From the NCBI RefSeq assembly GCF_013122565.1, contig NZ_CP053258.1: a stretch of DNA of 64,000 nt; one strand, written 5' to 3'. The stretch comes from Escherichia coli (lineage in GTDB: Bacteria > Pseudomonadota > Gammaproteobacteria > Enterobacterales > Enterobacteriaceae). Numbering within the stretch: the first letter of the stretch is position 1; each line of letters starts with the position of its first letter. The position numbers and the translations under genes are program-made. Below are positions 22,938-33,965 of the stretch, one piece after another. The notes beneath the pieces were generated by a model, which was not told the origin of the DNA, made no database searches, and was given only the letters and a program-made list of their open reading frames with translations.

Positions 22938-22953
22938 TAGACCAGTCGGTCTA
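22938..22953. promoter_or_regulatory. NemR-box-like inverted repeat upstream of nemR
   Basis: TAGACCAGTCGGTCTA (half-sites TAGACC/GGTCTA), 15-30 nt upstream of the nemR start codon. Confidence 0.65.
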
Positions 22954-23025
22954 GCGCAAGTAAAGTTGCTACTTTGGGCATTAACAGCTTCAATAATGGT
23001 AATAATCTTATCTGAGGAGGGCGAG

Positions 23026-23265
23026 GTGGCGGAGCAATTAGAGTTCTTTCCCGTCCAGAGCCCGTGCCGGGGAATTTGCCAGTCTGACGAACGCGGATTT
23101 TGTCGCGGCTGTTTTCGTAGTCGGGATGAGCGTTTTAACTGGAATAAAATGAGCGATGGCGAAAAACAAGAGGTGCTGCGCCTTTGTCGGCAACGATTAA
23201 TGCGCAAATTACGTGCAAATAAGCCAGCGTCATCAGACGAACCGGAGCAACCATCACTCTTTTGA
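23026..23265 (+). CDS. ydhL: DUF1289-family Cys-rich small protein YdhL (79 aa)
   Basis: GTG at 23026 with GAGGAGG 6 nt upstream; translation MAEQLEFFPVQSPCRGICQSDERGFCRGCFRS...; the ORF-track 136-aa version is a 5' over-extension. Confidence 0.75.
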   Translation: MAEQLEFFPVQSPCRGICQSDERGFCRGCFRSRDERFNWNKMSDGEKQEVLRLCRQRLMRKLRANKPASSDEPEQPSLF

Positions 23266-23313
23266 GCCTAATCTTGCGTATACTCCTCTCATATCTGATA
23301 AGAGGAAGCGATT

Positions 23314-24210
23314 ATGGTTCAGCGTATTACTATTGCGCCGCAAGGCCCGGAGTTTTCCCGTTTTGTGATGGGCTACTGGCGATTGATGGACTGGAACATG
23401 TCCGCCCGCCAGCTGGTCAGTTTTATTGAAGAGCATCTGGATCTCGGCGTGACCACCGTGGACCATGCTGATATTTATGGTGGCTATCAGTGCGAAGCGG
23501 CGTTTGGCGAGGCGCTGAAACTGGCACCTCACCTGCGTGAGCGGATGGAAATAGTCAGTAAATGCGGTATCGCGACGACCGCGCGTGAAGAAAACGTCAT
23601 TGGTCATTATATCACTGACCGCGATCACATCATTAAGAGCGCCGAAGAGTCGCTAATTAATCTTGCGACCGATCATCTGGATCTGCTGTTAATCCACCGC
23701 CCGGACCCGTTAATGGATGCCGATGAAGTGGCGGACGCGTTCAAACATCTGCATCAGAGCGGCAAAGTGCGTCATTTTGGCGTATCCAACTTCACGCCCG
23801 CGCAATTTGCCCTGTTGCAATCACGCCTGCCGTTTACCCTTGCCACTAATCAGGTGGAAATATCCCCGGTACATCAGCCGTTACTGCTGGATGGCACGCT
23901 CGACCAACTGCAACAACTGCGTGTTCGTCCGATGGCGTGGTCTTGCCTTGGCGGTGGTCGTCTGTTTAATGATGATTATTTCCAGCCGCTGCGTGATGAA
24001 CTGACTGTGGTGGCAGAGGAGTTAAACGCGGGCTCGATTGAACAGGTGGTTTACGCCTGGGTACTACGTTTACCGTCGCAGCCGCTGCCAATTATCGGCT
24101 CAGGTAAAATTGAGCGCGTACGGTCAGCGGTCGAAGCAGAAACACTGAAAATGACCCGTCAACAATGGTTTCGTATCCGTAAAGCGGCACTGGGTTACGA
24201 CGTACCGTAA
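23314..24210 (+). CDS. ydhF: aldo-keto reductase YdhF
   Basis: ORF track 298 aa; AKR-family sequence. Confidence 0.88.
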   Translation: MVQRITIAPQGPEFSRFVMGYWRLMDWNMSARQLVSFIEEHLDLGVTTVDHADIYGGYQCEAAFGEALKLAPHLRERMEIVSKCGIATTAREENVIGHYITDRDHIIKSAEESLINLATDHLDLLLIHRPDPLMDADEVADAFKHLHQSGKVRHFGVSNFTPAQFALLQSRLPFTLATNQVEISPVHQPLLLDGTLDQLQQLRVRPMAWSCLGGGRLFNDDYFQPLRDELTVVAEELNAGSIEQVVYAWVLRLPSQPLPIIGSGKIERVRSAVEAETLKMTRQQWFRIRKAALGYDVP

Positions 24211-24290
24211 GCACTTTTAGGAATAGCCGCCGTTCAAAAATGTGTCACTGGTTTACACTTATTCAGGAATGCACAATGAACGGAGGTCCT

Positions 24291-24812
24291 ATGAAACGTT
24301 TTAGTCTGGCCATTCTGGCGCTGGTTGTTGCGACCGGCGCACAAGCTGCCAGTGAAAAAGTCGAGATGAACCTCGTCACGTCGCAAGGGGTTGGGCAGTC
24401 AATTGGTAGCGTCACCATTACTGAAACCGATAAAGGTCTGGAGTTTTCGCCCGATCTGAAAGCATTACCCCCCGGTGAACATGGCTTCCATATTCATGCC
24501 AAAGGAAGCTGCCAGCCAGCCACCAAAGATGGCAAAGCCAGCGCCGCGGAATCCGCAGGCGGGCATCTTGATCCACAAAATACCGGTAAACATGAAGGGC
24601 CAGAAGGTGCCGGGCATTTAGGCGATCTGCCTGCACTGGTCGTCAATAATGATGGCAAAGCTACCGATGCCGTCATCGCGCCTCGTCTGAAATCACTGGA
24701 TGAAATCAAAGACAAAGCGCTGATGGTCCACGTTGGCGGGGATAACATGTCCGATCAACCTAAACCGCTGGGCGGTGGCGGTGAACGCTATGCCTGTGGT
24801 GTGATTAAGTAA
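24291..24812 (+). CDS. sodC: periplasmic Cu,Zn superoxide dismutase
   Basis: ATG at 24291 preceded by GGAGG; signal peptide MKRFSLAILALVVATGAQA; His-rich Cu/Zn-SOD motifs; 173 aa; ORF-track start at 24240 is an upstream extension. Confidence 0.9.
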   Translation: MKRFSLAILALVVATGAQAASEKVEMNLVTSQGVGQSIGSVTITETDKGLEFSPDLKALPPGEHGFHIHAKGSCQPATKDGKASAAESAGGHLDPQNTGKHEGPEGAGHLGDLPALVVNNDGKATDAVIAPRLKSLDEIKDKALMVHVGGDNMSDQPKPLGGGGERYACGVIK

Positions 24813-26825
24813 TTAAGAGGCCAGCGTACCTTGCGGCGGTGCTTGCTCAAGTTGCGAAAGCGAGCAGTACAGCCGCCAGACAATTGCCGCCAGCTCACGG
24901 GCGGCAGGTTGATGATGACGGGCAAGGCTGTCGCAAATCCGCTGTAATTCTTCAAGTGTGGCCGCCAGTGATTTTTGCTGAACGCCACGCTCACTCATCA
25001 CTCCCCGCAACAGTGAAATACAGTTATCCCGTACTCGCGATAACGGATCGGAACGCGATTCCCAGTCGCGTAATTGCCAGACAACATGAGAACAGTTCAG
25101 CAGCACTACACCCCAGCGTAATAACCAACGGCGAGCCAGCGCATCCTGGCTGTTACTCAACTGACTGACGTGATGATAAGTGAGCGATTCAAATTCGCTT
25201 TCACTCAGTGTTGGATGGCGGCTTAGTTGATCGACAAAATCCCGGCGCAGCGCGCGAATATGGCGGCGGCTTTTGCGAGCATCCGATCCTGGACGCAGAA
25301 TGGCGAACGCTAACCACGCCAACGCGACGCCAACGATTTTTGCCAGATTATCGTTAAGAAAATCAGCAAAATCATACACCGGGGGATTAGTGACAGCGAT
25401 AAAAGAACCCATAAAAACAATCAGTTGCCCCCACAATGCGGCAAATTTGGGCATCTGCAATTTAAGAAGCTGCATTGTCGCCAGCAGTGGAAAGAGAAAC
25501 AGTAAAAATTGCCACAGATCGCTAATCTGGACCATCAGACCAAATTTGACCACAAAGCTGAATAGCGAAAGTAACACCAGCGTGCGCATCAGCAGTGACA
25601 ACGACTTAAACGGTGCTGCGACGGCGGAGTAGAGTACGCAGCTAATTGCTGCCAGCGTTAATGCATTGGCACCGGCATCCCATTGCGAAGCAACACTCCA
25701 TGCGCCAATCATCATCAACGTACAAAATGTACGCAGCCCGCTCCACATAGCTTCGGCGTTATCGGTATGACGAGCCAGGCCGGATATCCGTGGGAGTCTG
25801 GTATGATCATCTACACCGCTTTGCAGACGATGTAATTCCTGACTACTTTGCAGATAAAGGTGGCAAAAATAACGTAGTCGCTGCCAGAAGGCGACGTGCC
25901 GGTAGTCGCCGACGTTGGTCGGGCGTAGCGGGGCGATAATACGTGCGACGGTGTAAACATCTGTTTGCGAACTGGCGAGCGCCGTCAGCAACTGTTCGAG
26001 AATTTCTCGTGTGGCACCTGGCGGTGAGGGCCAGTTGAGCAACATACGTCGCAGGCTGGAGATGACACTGGTCATACGTAATTGCTGGTGGAGCAGCGCA
26101 TTAAGGCGCGCGTTTTGCTGGCGAAAACGATAGTGGCTCCAGAAAGCCTGGATACGCAGCAAATTCATGGTCAGTATCTGCCCAATCACCCCTTCATGTG
26201 CTGCACGAATGGCATCGGTTGTTTCAGGCTGCCAGAGTAAACTGGCATGTTCCAGTAATCGGGCGTGCATGTTTTTCAATGCGGTTAAAAGGGCTGTAGC
26301 ATCGGAACTGCTAGGCAGGATCATCATCATCATGCCGCCGCACAAAATACCGACAATCACCTCGCAAACGCGCGCCTGAGCGATATCCCACAGCTGGCTG
26401 GCCTCAGTAATATTAACCATCGGAAAGGCGATGATGGCAGCCGTGTAGCCCGCCAGTTGAAATGCATACGCGACGTTATTCGTGAAGTGCGCACAGGCCC
26501 AGGTACAAAAGCCAAGCCACGCCGACATGCTCAATAGAAAAAACCACGGCTCATTGAGCGTATGCCCGGCAAGAAGCAGTGCCGCAATGGCTCCCAGTAA
26601 ACTGCCAGCGATGCGTCCGAGGCTTTTGCTGATGACACCGCCAACGGTGGGAAAGCTAACCACTGCAGCCGAGGTCATCGCCCAATAGGGTTCATCCAGA
26701 TTCAAATAATAGGCAACCGTCAGCGCCAGACACATGGCAATGGTATTGCGTAACGCATAACGCCATTGCGCCAGCGTGGCCCTGAACCAGGGCAAATTGC
26801 GCAAGGACCATGACGATGCGTTCAT
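24813..26825 (-). CDS. ydhK: FUSC-family (fusaric-acid-resistance-like) inner membrane efflux protein YdhK
   Basis: ORF track 670 aa; two hydrophobic blocks separated by a soluble domain, AaeB-like; overlaps ydhJ stop by 1 nt. Confidence 0.88.
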   Translation of the reverse strand: MNASSWSLRNLPWFRATLAQWRYALRNTIAMCLALTVAYYLNLDEPYWAMTSAAVVSFPTVGGVISKSLGRIAGSLLGAIAALLLAGHTLNEPWFFLLSMSAWLGFCTWACAHFTNNVAYAFQLAGYTAAIIAFPMVNITEASQLWDIAQARVCEVIVGILCGGMMMMILPSSSDATALLTALKNMHARLLEHASLLWQPETTDAIRAAHEGVIGQILTMNLLRIQAFWSHYRFRQQNARLNALLHQQLRMTSVISSLRRMLLNWPSPPGATREILEQLLTALASSQTDVYTVARIIAPLRPTNVGDYRHVAFWQRLRYFCHLYLQSSQELHRLQSGVDDHTRLPRISGLARHTDNAEAMWSGLRTFCTLMMIGAWSVASQWDAGANALTLAAISCVLYSAVAAPFKSLSLLMRTLVLLSLFSFVVKFGLMVQISDLWQFLLFLFPLLATMQLLKLQMPKFAALWGQLIVFMGSFIAVTNPPVYDFADFLNDNLAKIVGVALAWLAFAILRPGSDARKSRRHIRALRRDFVDQLSRHPTLSESEFESLTYHHVSQLSNSQDALARRWLLRWGVVLLNCSHVVWQLRDWESRSDPLSRVRDNCISLLRGVMSERGVQQKSLAATLEELQRICDSLARHHQPAARELAAIVWRLYCSLSQLEQAPPQGTLAS

Positions 26826-27682
26826 TATTGACCTACGGCAATGCTACAGGTGGTGCCCGACACCAGCGTGACATCGCCTGGAACTTTATCCAGCGCAAAG
26901 CGGACGGGAACGCGTTGGGCGAGACGAACCCAGGGGACGTTAGGTTTCACATCCGGAATAAGGCTTGAGTCACTTTCAACGCTCTGATCATAAATCGCCC
27001 GACCGATACTGGAAACGTGACCCTGTAACGTTTTGTTATCACTATAGAGGGTAATTTGTGCTGGTGCACCTTCGCGGATATGGCGCAACTTGGTTTCTTC
27101 AAAATAACCAATGACGTAAAACGAGTGGCTGTCGACAAGGGCAAACAGCGGTTTCCCGGTATCAGCGTAATCGCCGATGCGGGTAGTAAGGTTAGTCACC
27201 CATCCACTCACCGGGGCGCGAATTTCCGTTTGCGCCAGTTGCCATTGTGCCTGTTTCAGCGTCGCCTGTGCGGCATCAACACTGGCCTGCATCGCTTTAA
27301 CATTGAGGTTAGCGGTATCGAGTTCTTCGGCAGAAATAAAATTTTGTGAGAGATGACGACGACGATTCGCTTCGTTATTGGCTTTTGCGAGGTCAGATTG
27401 CGCTTTCGCCAGCTGAGCCTGTGCGTTCAGCTCGGCGATCTGAAAGGGCGTTTTATCGATCGTGAGCAGAAGATCCCCCGCGTTAACCAGCTGGTTGTCT
27501 TTTATATTCAGCTCAACAATACGTCCCGACACCTGTGGGGTGATAGAAACCTGTTCTGCGCGTATTTTCCCGTCGCGTGTCCACGGAGATTGCATGTAAT
27601 AATTCCACAGCCACCATCCGGCAAGAACTGCAACTACCGCTACAATGATTGTTGAGAAATACTTAATTGTTTTAATTGACAT
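26825..27682 (-). CDS. ydhJ: HlyD-family membrane fusion protein YdhJ
   Basis: ATG (plus-strand CAT at 27680-27682) gives 285 aa [17 protein letters not shown]...; the ORF-track TTG start at 27724 is an extension; coiled-coil MFP sequence. Confidence 0.85.
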   Translation of the reverse strand: MSIKTIKYFSTIIVAVVAVLAGWWLWNYYMQSPWTRDGKIRAEQVSITPQVSGRIVELNIKDNQLVNAGDLLLTIDKTPFQIAELNAQAQLAKAQSDLAKANNEANRRRHLSQNFISAEELDTANLNVKAMQASVDAAQATLKQAQWQLAQTEIRAPVSGWVTNLTTRIGDYADTGKPLFALVDSHSFYVIGYFEETKLRHIREGAPAQITLYSDNKTLQGHVSSIGRAIYDQSVESDSSLIPDVKPNVPWVRLAQRVPVRFALDKVPGDVTLVSGTTCSIAVGQ

Positions 27683-27684
27683 AG

Positions 27685-27921
27685 TTACCACGCAATCAGT
27701 ATTGCCATAGCAAGGCAAACGCAAATCGCAAACAGCGATAAATCCATTAACAAGGGATGCCAGATGTCACCGGCGTAGATCCAGCCACGAAGCAGGCGGT
27801 GTACGACAAGCCAGATGACGAATCCAAACGCGAAGGCTTTGAAAAACGGAGGAAAGTAGACGGACGCACCGAACACCAGATCTTGTAAGGGCAATCCTGT
27901 TGCATTGAGCATAAACTTCAC
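27685..27921 (-). CDS. ydhI: DUF1656 small inner membrane protein YdhI
   Basis: ORF track 78 aa; two hydrophobic helices; stop 2 nt upstream of ydhJ start (AaeX-like arrangement). Confidence 0.8.
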   Translation of the reverse strand: MKFMLNATGLPLQDLVFGASVYFPPFFKAFAFGFVIWLVVHRLLRGWIYAGDIWHPLLMDLSLFAICVCLAMAILIAW

Positions 27922-28093
27922 AAAGTAGATTCCTTTACGACCGAATATATTGCGTTAGATTAATAAATATTCTTTAAGTGCGAAAAATTTACGCGCAATT
28001 TCTGAAAAATATGTCTGACGGTAACCAAATGCAGCAATACATTTGTTTTAGCAATACAATTGCTGCACACTATTCTAAAAGCCGCATAATATC

Positions 28094-28105
28094 TTAGCAA
28101 GCTAA
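28094..28105. promoter_or_regulatory. SlyA-type 12-bp palindrome in slyA-ydhI divergent region
   Basis: Perfect palindrome TTAGCAAGCTAA immediately upstream of the slyA RBS; matches the reported SlyA binding consensus. Confidence 0.7.
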
Positions 28106-28121
28106 TTATAAGGAGATGAAA

Positions 28122-28556
28122 TTGGAATCGCCACTAGGTTCTGATCTGGCACGGTTGGTGCGCATATGGCGTGCTCTGATAGACCATCGCCTGAAACCGC
28201 TGGAGTTAACACAAACCCATTGGGTTACGTTACACAATATCCATCAGTTACCTCCAGACCAGTCGCAAATTCAACTGGCAAAAGCGATTGGCATCGAGCA
28301 GCCATCACTGGTCCGTACTCTGGACCAACTGGAAGAAAAAGGGTTAATTTCGCGTCAAACTTGTGCCAGCGATCGTCGGGCTAAACGTATTAAACTGACG
28401 GAAAAGGCAGAGCCGCTGATCAGCGAAATGGAAGCTGTTATTAACAAAACCCGCGCGGAAATTTTACATGGCATCTCCGCAGAGGAACTGGAACAACTGA
28501 TTACGCTCATCGCAAAACTTGAGCATAATATCATTGAGTTACAGGCCAAAGGGTGA
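28122..28556 (+). CDS. slyA: MarR-family transcriptional regulator SlyA
   Basis: TTG at 28122 is 6 nt after AGGAG (28111-28115), whereas the in-frame ATG at 28116 abuts the RBS; translation (M)[23 protein letters not shown]... 144 aa. Confidence 0.88.
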
Positions 28557-28601
28557 AATGAAGGGGGCGTGTGGTCAGTAACCTGACCACACGCAAACTA
28601 T

Positions 28602-29069
28602 TTAGCGCGGAGAAACGGTCACCTGACTGCCATTGCTGGCCAGTACGACACGTTGGCCCGGAGAGAAACGAGTGTTGCCTTGTTTCTGTACCACCATGAT
28701 GGTATTACCATCGTCTTTACGAATTTCCAGCTCGACGCCCTGCGTTTTGTTCATTGCACTCTGTACGCCCTGACCAGCTACGCCACCTGCAACAGCGCCT
28801 GCTGCAGTAGCCAGAGAACGCCCGGTTCCGCCACCAACAGTATTTCCCAGGAAACCACCAAGAACAGCACCGCCAATTGCACCGATAACGTTGGAATCAT
28901 CACCGCCCTGAATCTGTACCGGACGTACGTTAACGATGGTGCCATAGCTGACATTCTGTACTTGTTTCGCTTCAGAAGCGGTATAAACATCCCCTGACAG
29001 GGTGTCGTTATTAACACAACCGACAAGAGACAGACCTACCATTGAAACAACCAATACGCGTTTAATCAT
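28602..29069 (-). CDS. slyB: outer membrane lipoprotein SlyB
   Basis: ORF track 155 aa; lipobox LVGC; Gly-rich glycine-zipper C-terminal region. Confidence 0.9.
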   Translation of the reverse strand: MIKRVLVVSMVGLSLVGCVNNDTLSGDVYTASEAKQVQNVSYGTIVNVRPVQIQGGDDSNVIGAIGGAVLGGFLGNTVGGGTGRSLATAAGAVAGGVAGQGVQSAMNKTQGVELEIRKDDGNTIMVVQKQGNTRFSPGQRVVLASNGSQVTVSPR

Positions 29070-29342
29070 TGAAAAATCTCCTGTTCACCATGAAACGCCA
29101 CGCAAGCATCCCTCATGGTCAAATTATATGGCATATGTGAATCCATGGTTACATGTTCTACCAAATATGAGCAAATCATAATGAAAGTAGGATCAACCAA
29201 TTATAAACAAAACATTCATGATGATTATTGATTTGAAGATAATGTTTTACTACCAACGGTAAAAATCGGTCATTCCGCATGGTATTCACGAAAAGTTTAT
29301 GTTTGAGTGGTGCGCAAACGTCAGATTGAAAAAGGATGAACT

Positions 29343-30452
29343 ATGAAATCGGGCCGCTTTATTGGCGTTATGTCAGGCACCAGCCTTGATGGTGTTGATG
29401 TTGTGTTGGCGACAATTGATGAACACCGGGTCGCACAGCTGGCAAGTTTGAGCTGGCCGATCCCGGTGTCTCTGAAACAGGCTGTACTGGATATTTGCCA
29501 GGGCCAGCAGCTTACACTTTCGCAGTTTGGACAGCTTGATACTCAACTCGGGCGACTTTTTGCTGATGCGGTCAATGCCTTGCTTAAGGAACAAAATCTG
29601 CAGGCAAGAGATATAGTTGCGATCGGTTGTCACGGTCAAACCGTCTGGCATGAACCGACGGGTGTGGCACCACACACTTTACAGATTGGCGATAACAATC
29701 AAATTGTGGCACGCACCGGAATTACGGTTGTCGGTGATTTTCGCCGTCGCGATATTGCCTTGGGAGGACAAGGCGCACCGCTGGTACCTGCGTTCCATCA
29801 TGCCTTGCTGGCTCACCCAACCGAGCGACGAATGGTGCTCAATATTGGCGGCATCGCCAATCTGTCACTGCTCATTCCTGGGCAGCCGGTTGGCGGCTAC
29901 GATACCGGTCCTGGTAACATGCTGATGGATGCCTGGATCTGGCGTCAGGCCGGTAAACCTTACGATAAAGATGCCGAGTGGGCACGGGCGGGTAAAGTTA
30001 TTCTCCCACTGCTGCAAAATATGCTCAGCGACCCATATTTCTCGCAACCTGCACCGAAAAGCACCGGACGCGAATACTTTAACTACGGCTGGCTGGAGCG
30101 CCATTTACGCCATTTTCCGGGTGTTGATCCCCGTGATGTTCAGGCCACACTGGCAGAACTCACCGCCGTGACCATTTCTGAACAAGTTTTGTTGAGCGGT
30201 GGCTGCGAACGATTGATGGTATGTGGTGGAGGTAGTCGTAATCCGCTACTCATGGCGCGTCTGGCGGCATTACTGCCAGGCACAGAAGTCACCACCACCG
30301 ATGCCGTTGGCATTAGTGGCGATGACATGGAAGCATTGGCTTTCGCCTGGCTTGCCTGGCGGACGCTGGCGGGATTACCAGGAAATCTGCCTTCCGTCAC
30401 TGGCGCAAGCCAGGAGACGGTACTGGGGGCTATTTTCCCCGCTAACCCGTGA
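29343..30452 (+). CDS. anmK: anhydro-N-acetylmuramic acid kinase
   Basis: ORF track 369 aa; [23 protein letters not shown] matches AnmK N-terminus. Confidence 0.92.
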
Positions 30453-30549
30453 TATCAGAGTTAACTGAATTTTTCTTACCGCGTCTGCCGTTACACTTGG
30501 AACGTTAGGGAGGGCGTATTGCCCTCCAGACCAGGAAAGTCTTCGGGAT

Positions 30550-30879
30550 ATGTCTATGAAAAAACTGTTACTGATCTGTTTGCCGGTGCTTCTCACCGGC
30601 TGTAGCGCGTTCAATCAGCTGGTTGAGCGCATGCAAACCGATACGCTGGAATACCAGTGTGATGAAAAACCGTTGACGGTCAAACTGAATAATCCGCGCC
30701 AGGAGGTCAGTTTTGTTTACGATAATCAACTACTGCACCTCAAACAGGGCATTTCAGCCTCTGGCGCGCGTTACACTGACGGAATCTATGTTTTCTGGTC
30801 GAAAGGTGAGGAAGCGACTGTCTATAAACGCGACCGCATCGTCTTGAATAACTGTCAGTTACAAAATCCACAACGTTGA
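30550..30879 (+). CDS. mliC: membrane-bound lysozyme inhibitor of C-type lysozyme
   Basis: ORF track 109 aa; lipobox LTGCS; matches MliC (YdhA). Confidence 0.88.
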   Translation: MSMKKLLLICLPVLLTGCSAFNQLVERMQTDTLEYQCDEKPLTVKLNNPRQEVSFVYDNQLLHLKQGISASGARYTDGIYVFWSKGEEATVYKRDRIVLNNCQLQNPQR

Positions 30880-30937
30880 GATTTTTCCAGGGGCGGCGCA
30901 CAATAGCGTCACCCACTGACAATCCGTAAAGAAAACC

Positions 30938-31594
30938 ATGTCTGATAACGACGAATTGCAGCAAATCGCGCATCTGCGCCGTGAATACACCAAAGGCGGG
31001 TTACGCCGCCGCGATCTTCCTGCCGATCCATTAACCCTTTTTGAACGCTGGCTCTCTCAGGCTTGTGAAGCCAAACTGGCGGACCCTACCGCGATGGTGG
31101 TCGCTACCGTGGATGAACATGGTCAGCCTTATCAGCGCATCGTTTTACTCAAACATTACGACGAAAAAGGCATGGTGTTTTACACCAACCTCGGCAGCCG
31201 TAAAGCACATCAAATCGAAAATAATCCGCGCGTTAGCCTGCTGTTCCCGTGGCATACCCTTGAGCGCCAGGTGATGGTGATCGGTAAAGCGGAACGACTT
31301 TCGACTCTCGAAGTGATGAAATATTTTCATAGCCGCCCGCGTGATAGCCAGATTGGTGCATGGGTTTCGAAGCAGTCCAGTCGCATTTCTGCCCGCGGCA
31401 TCCTTGAAAGTAAATTCCTGGAGCTGAAGCAGAAGTTTCAACAGGGCGAAGTGCCATTGCCGAGCTTTTGGGGCGGTTTTCGCGTCAGCCTTGAACAGAT
31501 TGAGTTCTGGCAGGGTGGTGAGCATCGCCTGCATGACCGCTTTTTGTACCAGCGTGAAAATGATGCGTGGAAGATTGATCGTCTTGCACCCTGA
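30938..31594 (+). CDS. pdxH: pyridoxine/pyridoxamine 5'-phosphate oxidase
   Basis: ORF track 218 aa; matches PdxH; followed by tyrS and pdxY. Confidence 0.93.
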
Positions 31595-31722
31595 AAAGAT
31601 GCAAAAATCTTGCTTTAATCGCTGGTACTCCTGATTCTGGCACTTTATTCTATGTCTCTTTCGCATCTGGCGAAAAGTCGTGTACCGGCAAAGGTGCAGT
31701 CGTTATATACATGGAGATTTTG

Positions 31723-32997
31723 ATGGCAAGCAGTAACTTGATTAAACAATTGCAAGAGCGGGGGCTGGTAGCCCAGGTGACGGACGAGGAAGCGTTAGCA
31801 GAGCGACTGGCGCAAGGCCCGATCGCGCTCTATTGCGGCTTCGATCCTACCGCTGACAGCTTGCATTTGGGGCATCTTGTTCCATTGTTATGCCTGAAAC
31901 GCTTCCAGCAGGCGGGCCACAAGCCGGTTGCGCTGGTAGGCGGCGCGACGGGTCTGATTGGCGACCCTAGCTTCAAAGCTGCCGAGCGTAAGCTGAACAC
32001 CGAAGAAACTGTTCAGGAGTGGGTGGACAAAATCCGCAAGCAGGTTGCCCCGTTCCTCGATTTCGACTGTGGAGAAAACTCTGCTATCGCGGCGAACAAC
32101 TATGACTGGTTCGGCAATATGAATGTGCTGACCTTCCTGCGCGATATTGGCAAACATTTCTCCGTTAACCAGATGATCAACAAAGAAGCGGTTAAGCAGC
32201 GTCTCAACCGTGAAGATCAGGGGATTTCGTTCACTGAGTTTTCCTACAACCTGTTGCAGGGTTATGACTTCGCCTGTCTGAACAAACAGTACGGTGTGGT
32301 GCTGCAAATTGGTGGTTCTGACCAGTGGGGTAACATCACTTCTGGTATCGACCTGACCCGTCGTCTGCATCAGAATCAGGTGTTTGGCCTGACCGTTCCG
32401 CTGATCACCAAAGCAGACGGCACCAAATTTGGTAAAACTGAAGGCGGCGCAGTCTGGTTGGATCCGAAGAAAACCAGCCCGTACAAATTCTACCAGTTCT
32501 GGATCAACACTGCGGATGCCGACGTTTACCGCTTCCTGAAGTTCTTCACCTTTATGAGCATTGAAGAGATCAACGCCCTGGAAGAAGAAGATAAAAATAG
32601 CGGTAAAGCACCGCGCGCCCAGTATGTACTGGCGGAGCAGGTGACTCGTCTGGTTCACGGTGAAGAAGGTTTGCAGGCGGCAAAACGTATTACCGAATGC
32701 CTGTTCAGCGGTTCTTTGAGTGCGCTGAGTGAAGCGGACTTCGAACAGCTGGCGCAGGACGGCGTACCGATGGTTGAGATGGAAAAGGGCGCAGACCTGA
32801 TGCAGGCGCTGGTTGATTCTGAACTGCAACCTTCCCGTGGTCAGGCGCGTAAAACTATCGCCTCCAATGCCATTACCATTAACGGTGAAAAACAATCCGA
32901 TCCTGAATACTTCTTTAAAGAAGAAGATCGTCTGTTTGGTCGTTTTACCTTACTGCGTCGCGGCAAAAAGAATTACTGTCTGATTTGCTGGAAATAA
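31723..32997 (+). CDS. tyrS: tyrosyl-tRNA synthetase
   Basis: ATG at 31723 gives 424 aa [18 protein letters not shown]...; HIGH motif (HLGH) and KMSKS-like KFGKT; ORF-track start 31711 is a 4-codon extension. Confidence 0.95.
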
Positions 32998-33055
32998 TGC
33001 ATTAAGTGGAAAGGGGGAGTGAGAAATCACTCCCCCTGGTTTTTATACAGGGAAC

Positions 33056-33919
33056 ATGATGAAAAATATTCTCGCTATCCAGTCTCACGTTGTTTATGGT
33101 CATGCGGGTAACAGTGCGGCAGAGTTTCCGATGCGCCGCCTGGGCGCGAACGTCTGGCCGCTGAACACCGTTCAATTTTCTAATCACACCCAATACGGCA
33201 AATGGACTGGCTGCGTGATGCCGCCCAGCCATTTAACCGAAATTGTGCAAGGCATTGCCGCCATTGATAAATTACACACCTGTGATGCCGTATTAAGTGG
33301 CTATCTGGGTTCGGCGGAGCAGGGTGAACATATCCTCGGTATCGTCCGTCAGGTGAAAGCCGCGAATCCGCAGGCGAAATATTTTTGCGATCCGGTAATG
33401 GGTCATCCGGAAAAAGGCTGTATCGTTGCACCGGGTGTCGCAGAGTTTCATGTGCGGCACGGTTTGCCTGCCAGCGATATCATTGCGCCAAATCTGGTTG
33501 AGCTGGAAATACTCTGTGAGCATGCGGTAAATAACGTCGAAGAAGCGGTTCTGGCAGCGCGCGAACTCATTGCGCAAGGGCCACAAATTGTGTTGGTTAA
33601 ACACCTGGCGCGAGCTGGCTACAGCCGTGACCGTTTTGAAATGCTGCTGGTCACCGCCGATGAAGCCTGGCATATCAGCCGTCCGCTGGTGGATTTTGGT
33701 ATGCGCCAGCCGGTAGGTGTTGGTGATGTGACGAGCGGTTTACTGCTGGTGAAACTGCTTCAGGGGGCAACGCTGCAGGAGGCGCTGGAACATGTGACCG
33801 CTGCAGTCTACGAAATCATGGTGACCACCAAAGCAATGCAGGAATATGAGCTGCAAGTGGTGGCTGCTCAGGATCGTATTGCCAAACCAGAACATTACTT
33901 CAGCGCAACAAAGCTCTGA
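33056..33919 (+). CDS. pdxY: pyridoxal kinase 2
   Basis: ORF track 287 aa; ribokinase-family pyridoxal kinase sequence. Confidence 0.92.
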   Translation: MMKNILAIQSHVVYGHAGNSAAEFPMRRLGANVWPLNTVQFSNHTQYGKWTGCVMPPSHLTEIVQGIAAIDKLHTCDAVLSGYLGSAEQGEHILGIVRQVKAANPQAKYFCDPVMGHPEKGCIVAPGVAEFHVRHGLPASDIIAPNLVELEILCEHAVNNVEEAVLAARELIAQGPQIVLVKHLARAGYSRDRFEMLLVTADEAWHISRPLVDFGMRQPVGVGDVTSGLLLVKLLQGATLQEALEHVTAAVYEIMVTTKAMQEYELQVVAAQDRIAKPEHYFSATKL

Positions 33920-33965
33920 AATATCTCATTTCGGCCCACAACGACCTGTGGGCCGATGGCTATTA

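Noticed and set aside
29070-29342. PhoP box upstream of slyB
   Set aside because: slyB is reported to be PhoP-regulated, but I could not confidently locate a TGTTTA-N5-TGTTTA direct repeat in the sequence, so no site is called
31888-32895. 335-aa ORF antisense to tyrS
   Set aside because: Antisense to an essential, recognisable gene; no independent evidence
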